From Octopus sinensis (taxonomy: Eukaryota): 64,000 bases of DNA. Each line of letters begins with the position of its first letter. Positions within the stretch are counted from its first letter, which is position 1. Made by a program: the position numbers and the translations under genes. The notes under the pieces are model-generated. The model saw nothing but the letters and a program-made list of their open reading frames with translations. It ran no database searches and was not told where the DNA came from. Positions 39,974 to 52,302 of the stretch are shown here, piece by piece. The DNA lies in contig NC_043000.1 in NCBI RefSeq assembly GCF_006345805.1, positions 135,904,001 through 135,968,000 of the forward strand, given 5' to 3'.

Positions 39974-40508
39974 TTATTTCGCTATGGACGGGGAACAACT
40001 GTGAATATGCTCTGGTATTATCTGCAAACCATGAAGACACACATATATATATGTACCAATTGAATAAAGTTAAAACATGGTTTGGTTTTCACGTTTTTTA
40101 TGTTAACATAAAAAATAAATATATTTTGCAATGATCATATAAGCATTACAAAATAAATTTTTTAATGTTAAGATACCATAACAAAAAATGTGTAAACCAG
40201 GCCATATTTTAACTTTATTCAACTTATATATTATTCTATACACATTCACATAAATTCGAAACAATAAACTTCTCAAACCTGCTATAATGTAATACATGTC
40301 TTTGGTGTGGTAATTGTGCGCTGCTGAAGAAGGCTATTAACATACATGTTACATCAATTATGCATTGATATAAACAGTCCAATGCAGCCAGAAACATACG
40401 TACCGCTAAACCCTTTGCATCCTGTTTTTCTTTTGATAAATATACCCTATTACCGACACCACTAACTGGCATATACAGGTGCTTACAGTTATCAAGTATT
40501 CACCCTGA

Positions 40509-40561
<53 letters not shown>

Positions 40562-40739
40562 CATGCTCGTTTTTCTCTGCTTGTATGAGTATCCTTTCTA
40601 ATACAATATCATGTTTCATTCTGTTGTCATTTGCTCACCTAATTACTTTCCAGTCAATATACATCGTCTATATTCAATACCGTATGACACTGCTAGGCAA
40701 CTTCGTACTACTTGCAGTCCTATGGTTCATGTATCCCTT

Positions 40740-40900
40740 TAATCTTTTATTCTTTCTCTTGTTTCAGTGATTAAACTGCGGCTATACTAGGACACCATCT
40801 TGAAGAATTTTTTATTCTATTAGTCTCCTTTGCAAACCAACACCGGCGGTCAAGTGGTAGTGGGGGACAAACATAGACACAACGATACACGCATACACAT
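40740..40900 (-). mobile_element. SINE family C 3' fragment
   Basis: CTTGTTTCAGT..CTGCGGC..GGGGACAAACA. Confidence 0.7.
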
Positions 40901-41145
40901 ATACATACATGCATACATACATACATGTATATATATACTTACATATATATATATTTATATATATATATATGTGTGTGTATATATATATGTATGTATATAT
41001 ATGTATATATATAATATGTATGTATATATATATATATATATGTATATATATGTATGTGTATATATCTATATATATGTATATATATGTATATATATATATA
41101 TGTATATGTATATATATAAATATATATATGTATATGTATGTGTAT

Positions 41146-41199
<54 letters not shown>

Positions 41200-41200
41200 A
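40900..41200. repeat. Long (TA)/(TATG) microsatellite
   Basis: Direct reading. Confidence 0.95.
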
Positions 41201-41202
41201 AA

Positions 41203-41985
41203 CAGGGGTTGGACAAAGTAATGAAAGCACCTTAAAATTTCAAACAAATTTATTTTAATATGGGGTATAACCGCTTTTGGCATTAATTACACCTTGAATT
41301 CTGTGAGGTATGGACTCGTGTAAAGTTTGAATTGTTTCCAAAGGAATTTTTGTCCATTCTTCAGCTAAAACAATCTTCAGTTCTTGTAGTGATGATGATG
41401 GAGGATATCGACTCCTTACTTGTTTTTCTAAAATGCACCATAAATGTTCAATAATATTGAGATCTGGGGACTGTGGTAGCCAGATAAGATGTTCAGCTTA
41501 ACTAGAATGTTTCTCGCGCCATTCAGTAACACCTTTAGCCGTGTGAATTGGTGCATTATCATCCTGAAAGATTACGTTTCCCTCCGGAAAAAGTTCCTCA
41601 AACATGGGATGAATTTGATCAGATAAAATGCTTAAATAGTCGACTATTAATTCTGCAATGAAGGGAAACCATTGAGCCAACGGATTTCCAAGATATAGCC
41701 CCCCCCCCAGATCATCATAGACCCTCCTCCATGTTTAACAGTTGGAACAAGGCAGACAGGGTCAAATGCTTCTTTTGGCTGTCTCCAGACGTACACTCGG
41801 CTGGTGGTCGGAAATAAGGTAAAGGTTGACTGGTCCGATAAAGTAACATGCTTCCACTGCTCTAGGGACCAATTCTGTAGGTTTTTACTAAACACTTTGC
41901 AACGTTTGTTTGTGAAAGTAGTGGTTTTCTGATTGCAGCCCTCCCGTGAAATCCGGCTTTTTGCAGCTCTCGACGAACAGCTTTT
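41203..41985 (-). mobile_element. Tc1 transposon, 3' half
   Basis: Terminus CAGGGGTTGGACAAA. Minus-strand pieces read WKHVTLSDQSTF..TVKHGGGSMMIWG, IFQDDNAPIH and WLPQSPDLNIIEHLW. Confidence 0.9.
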
Positions 41986-42365
41986 GTGGGAACTAGGTTC
42001 TAATGCTCTCTTTACCAAGAGATCATCAGATAGCTGTGCATGGTACGCAAACTGAACTATTACCCGTACCATCTGACAGACTACCTCAACACATGTAGAA
42101 CTCGTCCCTTCTCCATTAGAAGCTGACATCTCTAATACCACTGAGCTCCCAAACCCTACACACCTGAGGTAACTAAACTGAGTCCTTCATCACATTCTAG
42201 CATGTATAAGATAATCTGATGTCGCTACTGCATCAACTAATTCAAGCGACCTGAACTGACCAATGGAAGCTCCCGTCACATATCCTCACTTACAAACTGA
42301 TTTTAAGTCCTTAATCTGAAACGACTAACACATACACACACACACGCACACACACATGCACACAC

Positions 42366-42397
<32 letters not shown>

Positions 42398-42589
42398 CTA
42401 CGTGTGCGTGTGTATATGTGCATGTATTTCATTTGAAACTACACTATATTTTAGTAACAGAAATCCTTCCTACACCATTCATATATAAGTGATGTAGGAA
42501 AATAGATTACTTAACACACACACTTAACACACACACACACACACACACAACACACACACAAACGTGTATATATGATTGTCATATAATGT

Positions 42590-42935
42590 GTGCGTGATGG
42601 TGTAGTTAGAAGGTTATGATTCTCGGTTAGGTTCCACAGTTGTACCTTGGGAAAATCTTTTCTACTATAGCTTCGGGCCTACCAAAGCCTTGTGAGTGAA
42701 TTTGGCAGATGGAAACTGAAAGAACCCTGTCGTATATACATATATGTGTGTGAGTGTGCCTTTCTTTGTGTTTGGCCCTGACTGTCTCTTGACAACCGTG
42801 TTGGTTTGTTTACGTCCCCTTAACTTAGCAGTTCGCCTACAGGACCGACAGAAAAAGTATCAGACGTTAAAAAAAGTGGGTCGGCTTGTTCGGCTATAGG
42901 TTTTAATGTACAGCATGACCACTCGTAATAAATAA
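42590..42935 (+). mobile_element. SINE family C, old copy
   Basis: ACCAAAGCCTTGTGAGTGAATTTGGCAGATGGAAACTGAAAGAA and downstream matches. Confidence 0.8.
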
Positions 42936-43309
42936 AAGATAAAAAATAAAGACATACAGAACGAAAGTACAGAATGTCATCATATTGCAGTATCGTATTG
43001 TTATACTTGGGTTGGAGAGGGTCATCTTTTGCCAATTAAATACAGGCACTATCTATTTGACATTCACTTTAACTATGTTATTATTATTTTTAGTTTGTCA
43101 AAGTTTTGTCATCACATATTCTGTGACCTCTTCAACGGCTTTCTGTCTCATGTGTCTACTACTCTTGTCTTGTCTATTCCCGGCGAGTAGGTCTTATAAA
43201 TCGCCAATAATATTATTGGGAGCAATAATAGGCGTGAAACTAATGTGAACTTTATGACCTGCCATAACCAACGGCTACAGAATATATATATATATATATA
43301 TATACATAT

Positions 43310-43700
43310 ATTTTACCTTTCACTTGTTTCAATCATTAGAATGCGGCCATGCTGAGGCGCCATCTTGAAGAATTTCTAGTCGAATGAATCGACCCCAGTT
43401 CTTACCCTTTGTTAAGTCTAGGCTTATTTTATTGGTCTCTTTTTTTGCCGAACTGTTAAGTTACTGAGATCTAAACACGCCAGCGCCGTTTATCAAGAAG
43501 TTTTAGGGGACAACCACAGATGCAAAGACATGCGTATGCGCACGTACACACACACATACATACATACGACGGTCTTCTTTCAGTTTCCGTCTACCAAACC
43601 CACTCAGGAGGTTTCGGTCAGTCCGAGGCTATTGTAGAAGAAACTCTCCCAAGATGACACGCAGTGGGACTGAACCCGGAACCATGTGGCTGGAAAACCA
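43310..43700 (-). mobile_element. SINE family C
   Basis: Reverse complement of 28341-28751, diverged. Confidence 0.85.
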
Positions 43701-43841
43701 TTATAAATGAAATTTTGAAATCACAGTCCTCATGCTTCTGCCAAATAATAAAACATTTAGGCTCTTCTTTAATATTGAGTAACTCTTGTTTTTGGTATTT
43801 TTGATTGTATTAAAACAGTCACACCGACTACACACACACAT

Positions 43842-43874
<33 letters not shown>

Positions 43875-44578
43875 ATTACACAACACACACAAATATATAT
43901 GTCCATACATACAGACAGACAGATATGCACATGTGCACACCACACGCACACACATACACACACACACACACACACAAATATAGATATATGAAATATTATA
44001 TTCTATTATATCATCCAATTATTCAATAAATCATTGAATAGCCCATTACATATTCTGTTCAACAATTGTTGGCTAATTTAAAATCTAGGAAAATTTCTGC
44101 TGGTAGAATTAAATGTTAATTAGTGTTAATTGCTTGATTAAAGTCTGTGCAGCTGAATTTATACTCCGGATTTCTCTATCTTGAGCCCTGTAGCTTAACT
44201 AGTCAGATGAGCAATGTTGTGTTAATACAAGCAACCAGTGATAAAATATTCAATTAAATGAACCAAGGATACCCTGCAGCTAATTAACCACAACATAAAC
44301 TATTTCTAATACAATACTCACTGAAAAAATAGAGAAGCTTTCTTTAAAAACCGTCTTGCATGAGGTTTTTAATTAGTGTACCTCAAATCTGATCTAGCAA
44401 ATATATCATACGTAGATATTAATTGGTTAAATACTAAAATGCATTCCACAGATGCAATAATTCGGATAGATCATGATAATGTTTCGTGGAGGACTATATT
44501 GTTTACTCCAGTATGCACTGGTTTATTACAAAGGATGCTGTATACTACAAAGTATGCACTGGTTTATTACAAAGGATG

Positions 44579-45008
44579 TGTATGTTTGTATGTGTGTGCT
44601 TATCTTTTCCTGGAGTTTAACAGCGAGGATTGTAGATATCCGCAAGAAAACTGAGCCAAGTCTCTCATTATTTTTGTCCAGTATTAAATTAAAGTCAATA
44701 CATTGTCCTTGTCACTTTAGCTGTTAGAAATACATATGAAAAGGACCAACGATTCATCCTTTGCAATCCTACAACCAATGACACTATTGTTTATCATTTG
44801 CAAAATGGAAATCTAACATTAATATTTGAATCCCTCCCTCTATTCAAATAACTGAGTTACTAGCTTTCTCAAACAGTCATGATCTTAAATAACAACTGTG
44901 TCAAAACTCTAAATAAATTTGATAGGTTTCGGCCAGTATAGGCCCAGGCGGTGTCTAACTCAATAGCACCACCTAGTGAAGTCTTTTAGTCATATATGGG
45001 GCACCATA
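44579..45008 (-). repeat. 430-bp inverted duplicate of 47423-47853
   Basis: ORFs 44473-44727(+) and 47704-47892(-) share the same C-terminal peptide. The copy is flanked by repeats of TATGCACTGGTTTATTACAAA(G/C)GATG. Confidence 0.9.
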
Positions 45009-45270
45009 TGCACTGGTTTATTACAAACGATGCTGTCTTTCCATACTGAGATTTTACACTGGTGTTGAATGCCATGCAGTTGCTGATATGGTTATGTTGT
45101 ATATTGTCTAAGTTCTACGAGTTTGTGCTTATGCATTTGGGCGTTTGTATTGAAGTACTGTGCCTGAGAAAGATAGGAGTTTTGATATTGTTGCTAGTTT
45201 TATAACATCTTTGCTTTTTACATTGAGTCAGAGGGTAAGATTAATAATTTTAAGATAATGCTATTGAATA

Positions 45271-45414
45271 CAATTGCAGCGTGGAAGGTGTTTGTAAGCC
45301 ATTTAAGAAACACACAAAAGCCCTTCGATTCATTTCAACATTTAAGTTTAATTTGTCAAAATATTTTCGTCGCTTTAAAACCGCGACCTGTTCACTGACA
45401 AAAATCCGTGCTGA
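45271..45414 (-). mobile_element. 144-bp PLE pLTR-derived insertion with 10-bp TSD
   Basis: TSD CTATTGAATA at 45261-45270 and 45415-45424; contains a hammerhead. Confidence 0.8.
45352..45402 (-). ncRNA. Minimal hammerhead ribozyme, G3-C8 core variant
   Basis: Minus strand reads TTTGTCA-GTGAACA-G-GTCGC-GGTTTTAAA-GCGAC-GAAA-ATAT-TT-TGACAAA. It has a 7-bp stem I, a 5-bp stem II and an AATATT palindromic stem III. Confidence 0.75.
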
Positions 45415-46447
45415 CTATTGAATAGTATCTGAGTAAATGTAGATATCCCAAGACAATTGGTCTTCTGGTAGAAGAGATTGGGAAGGTGGAAATTCCTTGT
45501 GCTGTTTTGTCCTATTTCCCAAGTGGCTGCTGAGTGTTTTGCTCATAAGTGAAGAAGTAACAGTTGAATGCTGTTGATTGCAATTAGACAGTGTAATTTA
45601 AGTTTTCTTGCTATTTTTTTCAGAATTGAAAGTAATGAAGTGGTTGAATTTTTGGTCTTTGATTTTATGTTACCTACTTACAGAACATATTGAATAATGT
45701 AATTCTGGATATAATATAATAGCAAAAAGTAATAGACACAATCAAAATGCTAATCAAGCAATGAAAAGTAGATTTTCCTGCTGTAACAGGATCTGAAATT
45801 TTAGAAATCAATTTTTATTAACTTTGTTGTTTTCTAGAAGAGGTACTTGACAACATTTACTAACTCATTTTGAAATATAATTAGTTTCCGTGATTTCTGA
45901 TTACAATATCACCATTTTAAAGTCCATTAATATAAATTACATGAACTGCATCTAAATCAGTATTATAACAATGGCTTTGATATTAACGTCGACGTGAGGC
46001 AGAGTTATATCTTGTCTTCATTGTTATTCTCAATTAACTTGAATGGTAGAATGATGGATCTTTTCGCTTTGTGAAGGTCAGCCTATACACACGTTTCAGA
46101 AATTTTAATTTTATAGATGAAAATTTATAGATGCTCTGATAGCAACTGAAGAAAAGAAACAGACAATGATTGACAGTCTAGTGAATGATGGCCTCCAACT
46201 TTCAGTAAAATCTATATACGTCTGTAGGGTCTCAAGTATATGCTACTGTCAAAACATACAAGGGACAGCGGATAAGGAATATTTCTGCAGGAGAACAATT
46301 ATTTGACGAAATATAGATATTCGCTTTAGCAACTATTTTTTCTAGGAGTTTGAAATAATCAAGATTGATACATAAGACTATTACTAATACAAATCATATT
46401 CTACAATGGTGCAGCCTAAATATATTTGTAAAAGTTTCATGTTGTCA

Positions 46448-46612
46448 ATAATAGAAATATTAAAATTACTAAGTCTCTCTAGAGGAGATTACGGCAGCGT
46501 TACTGGATATTAATAGTTATCGCCATACTAATATGGCAGTCTATAAATATAAGACTAAAGTTTTAGTCTTATATTTATAGACTGCCATATTAGTATGGCG
46601 ATAACTATTAAT
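46448..46612. mobile_element. Hairpin insertion: perfect 51-bp inverted arms plus tail, 12-13-bp TSD
   Basis: Arms 46509-46559 and 46562-46612 with a 2-nt centre and a 61-bp tail starting ATAATAGAAAT. TSD TTTCATGTTGTCA at 46435-46447 and 46612-46624. Confidence 0.85.
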
Positions 46613-46869
46613 TTCATGTTGTCATTTAAGCAAAATTCATCCCTAATTAGGTAAACCTATAGCGCAGAGTTGAAATGTGATGGAAAAATAATTACGAATA
46701 AATGGTTGCATTTTCTGGATATATATTCTTCAGTTATAGACAGATAATTTAACCATTTATGTTAAGTGTAAGATAAAAGAAAGAAATAATATGAGCGAGG
46801 GACTGAGTGGGAAAGTATGAGAGAGCCCACACTTTATTGTACGCCACCTTTAGGCGAGAGCTAATTGAT

Positions 46870-47520
46870 GTCAGATTCTGAGAACTTTCCGGTCTATAGA
46901 TGCCTACACCATCATTCTTCTCTACTCTACTTTTGCCCGACCCCATCTTGAGTACTGTTGCCCACTGAGGTCATCACATACGAAGCAACTCATTATGAAA
47001 GTAGAAGCACTCCAGAAGTCCATAACAAGAAAGATAGACGGTATAAGAGGCATTGATTACTGGGGTCGACTAAAAAAACTCAATTTCTACTCTCTCCAAC
47101 ATCACCGGGAGCGCTACATCATTTGTGTTATCTAGAAAATATTCCATTAATATTGCACAACTGATGTTAGCATCAATTTTAAAATCCACCCAAGACTTGG
47201 CCCACTACAAAAATCGAACTCCGTACACATAACAACATTACGTCACAATTACTTTACCTCAACCGGTCCAGCTCTCTTAAATACCATACCAAAATACGTC
47301 AAAACGGAAACGGATCCCATGAAATTCGAATGTTTACTGGACAAATTTCTTCAAAAAATCCCGGACCAACCTCTTACAACCGGATATGTCTCCAACAATA
47401 ATAACTCTTTGCAAGAGTGGGCTATGGTGCCCCATATATGACTAAAAGACTTCACCAGGTGGTGCTATTCAGTTAGACATGGCCTGGGCCTATACTGAAC
47501 GAAACCTATCAAATTTATTT
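46870..47520 (+). mobile_element. CR1-group LINE 3' fragment, decayed
   Basis: Plus-strand translation gives LLYSTFARPHLEYCCPL..VEALQKSITRKIDG..YWGRLKKLNFYSLQHHRERYII. The 3' UTR ends near CGAAACCTATCAAATT. Confidence 0.85.
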
Positions 47521-48450
47521 AGAGTTTTGACACAGTTGTTATTTAAGATCATGACTGTTTGAGAAAGCTAGTCACTCAGTTATTTGAATAGAGAGAGTGA
47601 TTCAAATATTAATGTTAGATTTCCATTTTGCAAAGGATGAACAATAGAGTCATTGGTTGTAGGATTGCAAAGGATCAATCATTGGTCCTCTTCATATGCA
47701 TTTCTAACAGCTAAAGTGACAAGGACAATGTATTGACTTTAATTTAATACTGGACAAAAATAATGAGAGACTCGGTTCAGTTTTCTTGCGGATATCTACA
47801 ATCTTCGCTGTTAAACGCCAGGAAAAGATACGCACACACATACAAACACAAACACGCAAAACCACACACATATACCGATAAATGTAAAACAAAAGGCCAC
47901 TGAACGCATATCATAGAAATTAAATATTAGTATTAGCAGTTTATGACCTGCATTAATTAAAATTTCAGTCCGATCAATCAAATGCTGTAGTGCAAAGCTG
48001 TAGTGCAGCCACGAGTATCAAATGAGGTTGACCTTTAGATGATGCGTTCATTCCTGTTAGTCAGTTCAAGCTAAGTAGCAGGGTCGGTAGCTGATTAAAT
48101 GCTAGTTGTTGTCGTGGTTCAATCATATGACCCAAACTAAGATTATTAATTTTAATTAATAAGCAAAAGTCTCCTTTAGAACACGTGGTTACCTCACTAC
48201 TTAGCTCTTCAGCATCCAAATGATCAGATGTACATATCTGGAATCCTTTGAGCAATGTTCATCTATGTCACAAAGTGTTTTTATATATATCAACACTGGG
48301 TTTCGGTACATTTCCCATTTACCAGATTCCACTCATAAAATATTGATCAATCCATAGGAGAAGATACCTGCTCACTGCGCTGAGTTGTAGGATCAAACTT
48401 GAAAAACTATTATGAAAAAAAGAACTTTTTAAACGCACGACCAAGTAATA

Positions 48451-48847
48451 TCTTTATATATAAAAGTCAAGTTGTGTGTCTGTCTCCTACGATTTAGATT
48501 CCTAACTACTCCCACATTTTGCAGTGCAGTTTAACCAAAACCGGGTATCTTATAGTAGTGATTCATATCGAGCCCTTCTGGGTATTAGCGCGCGTCTACG
48601 ATGAGTCTACGATTTAAAAAAAAATTACCATCATGTTTTTCCATTTTAATGCATTGTTTCGCTATTATATAAGGGAAGTAACTCTCTAAAAATATCTACG
48701 ATGAGTCAACGATTAAAATAAAAATTACCATCATTTTTTTTTCCATTTTTAAAGCATTTTTTTGCTATTTTTTGGCTATAACTCTCTAAAAATGTTTATA
48801 TAGTTATTTCTCTTACAAACCCGAGCAACGCCGGGCGATACTGCTAG
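48451..48847 (+). mobile_element. Non-autonomous Helitron
   Basis: 5' end A|TCTTTATATATAAAAG. The 3' end has the hairpin CCCGAGCAACGCCGGG followed by CTAG|T. No TSD; internal tandem duplication of about 100 bp. Confidence 0.9.
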
Positions 48848-49037
48848 TTATTTATAAAACATTAATTTCAAATTCTGTATTTTCTCTTTGTAAAAGATTA
48901 TTTTGTAAATTGAAACAAAATTTAATATCAGTAATCTAGTGGTGTAATTTGAACGAGAAAATCAGAAAGGTCTTCGAGGAATTTGAACCCAGAAAAGTAT
49001 CAGTCTTTGTTACTTTTCTATCATTTTTGTCAATTAG

Positions 49038-49411
49038 GGAAGCACTCCGTCGGTTACGACCACGAGGGTTCCGGTTGATCCGATCAACGGAACAGCCTGC
49101 TCGTGAAATTAACGTGTAAGTGGCTGAGCACTCTACAGACACGTGTACCCTTACCGTAGTTCTCGGGGATATTCAGCGTGACACAGAGAGTGACAAGGCC
49201 GGCCCTTTGAAATACAGGTACAACAGAAACAGGAAGTAAGAGTGAGAGAAAGTTGTGGTGAAAGAGTACAGCAGGGATCACCACAATCCCTGCCGGAGCC
49301 TCGTGGAGCTTTAGGTGATTTCGCTCAATAAACACTCACAACGCCCGGTCTGGGAATCGAAACCGCGATCCTACGACCGCGAGTCCGCTGCCCTAACCAC
49401 TGGGCCATTGT
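49038..49411 (-). mobile_element. SINE family A, near full length
   Basis: The head is the reverse complement of 10770-10890 and the tail matches 6380-6550. Confidence 0.9.
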
Positions 49412-49647
49412 CAATTAACTACGTGAGTAAAATTACATTGTTTGAGTATTTATGCTTGAAAATTTATAAGAAATATGTTTGCTAATATATTTAATATATT
49501 TAATTCTCTTGTTGCAGAAAGTAAATTTAGGATAAACTAATTTATGTAATAAGCTCTTTGCTTCTTCCACCTCACTTTTTAAATATTTTCTCGACAACAT
49601 TCTTTTGTTTTCGCTCATTCTCTTTTCTTTCACTCCCGCTTTCTCTT

Positions 49648-49691
<44 letters not shown>

Positions 49692-49944
49692 CATTACTAT
49701 CTCTTTCTCACTTGTTATTTTCTTTCGCTGATACAATTACTATTCCTTGGTTCGTACACTTTAAGATCATTCCCTACATTCTCTTATTTCTAATAATCTT
49801 TATTCTTCTATATTTGTCTTTCTCTCTCTCTCTCAATTACTTGCGTATACATGTTGTTTTTATACATTATCTCTGTTAGTTCCCTAATCTCTTTGCCATT
49901 CTCTATCTATCTGTCTGTCAGTCCGCCGCCTGTCTGTCAATCAA

Positions 49945-49950
49945 TCTATG

Positions 49951-50006
<56 letters not shown>

Positions 50007-50254
50007 CATCTATTTCCCCTTTTTTCTTCTTTTTTCATTTCTCTTTTCTTTTGTTCCTTTTCCTTTTGTTCCTTTTTTTATTTTTATTAATTTTTTTGTT
50101 CTTTTCTTCCCTTTTACGATCCCTCTTGATCGAAAACCTACGCCACCCCTTTTTTTGTTTCTTTTGTTTTTTGTTTTTTTCATCCCCCAAAAGAAAAGCT
50201 CTACCTTGTAACTTGTCCCATCTGTGTGCAGCCCTGTGTGGCCAATAATGAAGC

Positions 50255-50330
<76 letters not shown>

Positions 50331-50339
50331 GTATCTATG

Positions 50340-50393
<54 letters not shown>

Positions 50394-50418
50394 CCTAGCT
50401 GTCTGTCTGCCTACCTGC

Positions 50419-50461
<43 letters not shown>

Positions 50462-50469
50462 CCTGTCTG

Positions 50470-50533
<64 letters not shown>

Positions 50534-50565
50534 CCTACCTACCTATCTACCTATCTATCTATCTA

Positions 50566-50619
<54 letters not shown>

Positions 50620-50620
50620 C
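49945..50620. repeat. (TATC)n microsatellite split by a T-rich insert of about 240 bp
   Basis: Tracts at 49945-50012 and 50256-50620. Confidence 0.95.
50013..50255 (+). mobile_element. Probable retroposon 3' UTR fragment
   Basis: Ends CCTTGTAACTTGTCCCATCTGTGTGCAGCCCTGTGTGGCCAATAATGAA, similar to the SINE B tail. Confidence 0.5.
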
Positions 50621-50856
50621 ATATTTGTTTCTCTGATAGTCTGTCTCTCTATCTGTGTGCTAGTCTGTCTGTTTGATTGCTGTCAGTTTGACTGCAAGTC
50701 AGTCTGTCTGTCCGTCAGTGTATCTGCTTGTTTGCTTGCCTGTTTGTCAGTCTGTCTTTCAGATTTTTCTTAAACAATAAACATATAATTTAATACACAT
50801 GTCAATACACATGCACACTCATGCACACACATGGCCTCGCTCGTTCCGCTTCATTC

Positions 50857-51430
50857 TCTTACTTGTTGAGGCTGGGGTCATCCAAGGCTGGGGGGTCTCA
50901 GAGACGCCTTCATGCGTAGAGCTGACCAGGTCCACCAGTGCTCACAATGGCTGGTGGTTCCGTGTCACGCCTTCTGCATCCTCGAAGGTGATGCTAAGCT
51001 TCCGGAGATTTTCTCCAATTACATCCATCCATCTTGTACGGAACCGTCCACGAAGCCCCTTCCAGTTCGCAGCTACTACGTCGATGGAGAACAAAGCCCT
51101 TGTAGGATAATTGAGGAGACGTACGATATGTCTGCACCATGTACGTAAGGCGGCGAGCTGGCAGAAACGTTAGCACGCCGGGCGAAATGCGTAGCCGTAT
51201 TTCGTTTGCCGTTACGTTCTGAGTTCAAATTCCGCCGAGGTCGACTTTGCCTTTCATCCTTTCGGGGTCGATAAATTAAGTACCAGTTACGCACTGGGGT
51301 CGATGTAATCGAGTTAATCAGTTTGTCTGTCCTTGTTTGTCCCCTCTGTGTGTAGCCCCTTGTGGGTAGTAAAGAAACAGATATGTCTGTACCAGCACAT
51401 CCGACGGATATCTATGAGGTGGGAGGCCGC
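50857..51430 (-). mobile_element. RTE-like LINE 3' end, interrupted by SINE B
   Basis: Minus strand reads RRMCWYRHIVR..WKGLRGRFRTRWMDVIGENLRKL. Confidence 0.75.
51147..51380 (+). mobile_element. SINE family B
   Basis: Full copy, with flanking repeat GATATGTCTG(C/T)ACCA at 51125-51139 and 51380-51394. Confidence 0.9.
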
Positions 51431-51465
51431 GTGCGCACACATACAAATATGTGTGCATGTATATA

Positions 51466-51702
51466 CAGAGCTGGCCAAAATTCACACGACAGTAAATAAA
51501 ATTCCTTAAATACTTAATATTCAATTTTATTTATTCATTTCAATTATGAATGTTTAATAATTGAATGCTGTGAGTTAAAATCAGCGATTTTCGTTCAACA
51601 TTTGCCTATTTATTAGCGAAGTCTCATATAAAATAATTTTCTGCTTCAATCTTGGTATTAAATGGTTTTGATTTACTGTCAGGTGACTTTTGGCCAACCC
51701 TA
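51466..51702. mobile_element. Tc1/mariner-type MITE
   Basis: TIRs CAGAGCTGGCCAAAATTCACACGACAGTAAAT and ATTTACTGTCAGGTGACTTTTGGCCAACCCTA with TA flanks. Confidence 0.8.
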
Positions 51703-51738
51703 TATGTATGTATATATGAATATATGTCTGTATATATA

Positions 51739-51807
<69 letters not shown>

Positions 51808-52137
51808 GCTGAGACCCCTTCGGTCATGACTGACCATGGGATTTGCACCTAGAAAGTTACCCTCCCAGGCACAAGTCCGGGCAAAGTTGTTTATGGAAAA
51901 CCATGCATACCGGCCTCTCCTCTCCACGCCACCAGTGTTATCCAAGGCAAAGGCAAAGGACCGATACAGCTTGGCACCTGTGACGTCGCAACACATTTCT
52001 ACAGCTGAGTGAACTGGAGCAACGTGAAATAAGGTGTCTTGCTCAAGAACACAACACGCAATCCGGTCCGGAATTCGAACTCACAACCTCACGATCGTAA
52101 GCTCTATGCTCCAACCACTGAGCCATGTGCCTTCACT
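51808..52137 (-). mobile_element. tRNA-derived SINE (A-type core, different tail) in (TA)n
   Basis: Minus-strand head GGCACATGGCTCAGTGGTTGGAGC..GAGTTCGAATTCC and core CTTGAGCAAGACACCTTATTTCACGTTGCTCC. Confidence 0.85.
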
Positions 52138-52255
52138 ATATATATATATATTATATATATATATATATGCATGTATATATAAGTGTGTATATGTATATAT
52201 GTATATATATATACACACGCACATGCATGTATACATACATATATATGTATATATA

Positions 52256-52302
<47 letters not shown>

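Noticed and set aside
44579-47853. 3.3-kb DNA transposon with 430-bp TIRs
   Set aside because: The right arm is contiguous with a LINE ORF, only the left arm is bracketed by direct repeats, and no transposase is present.
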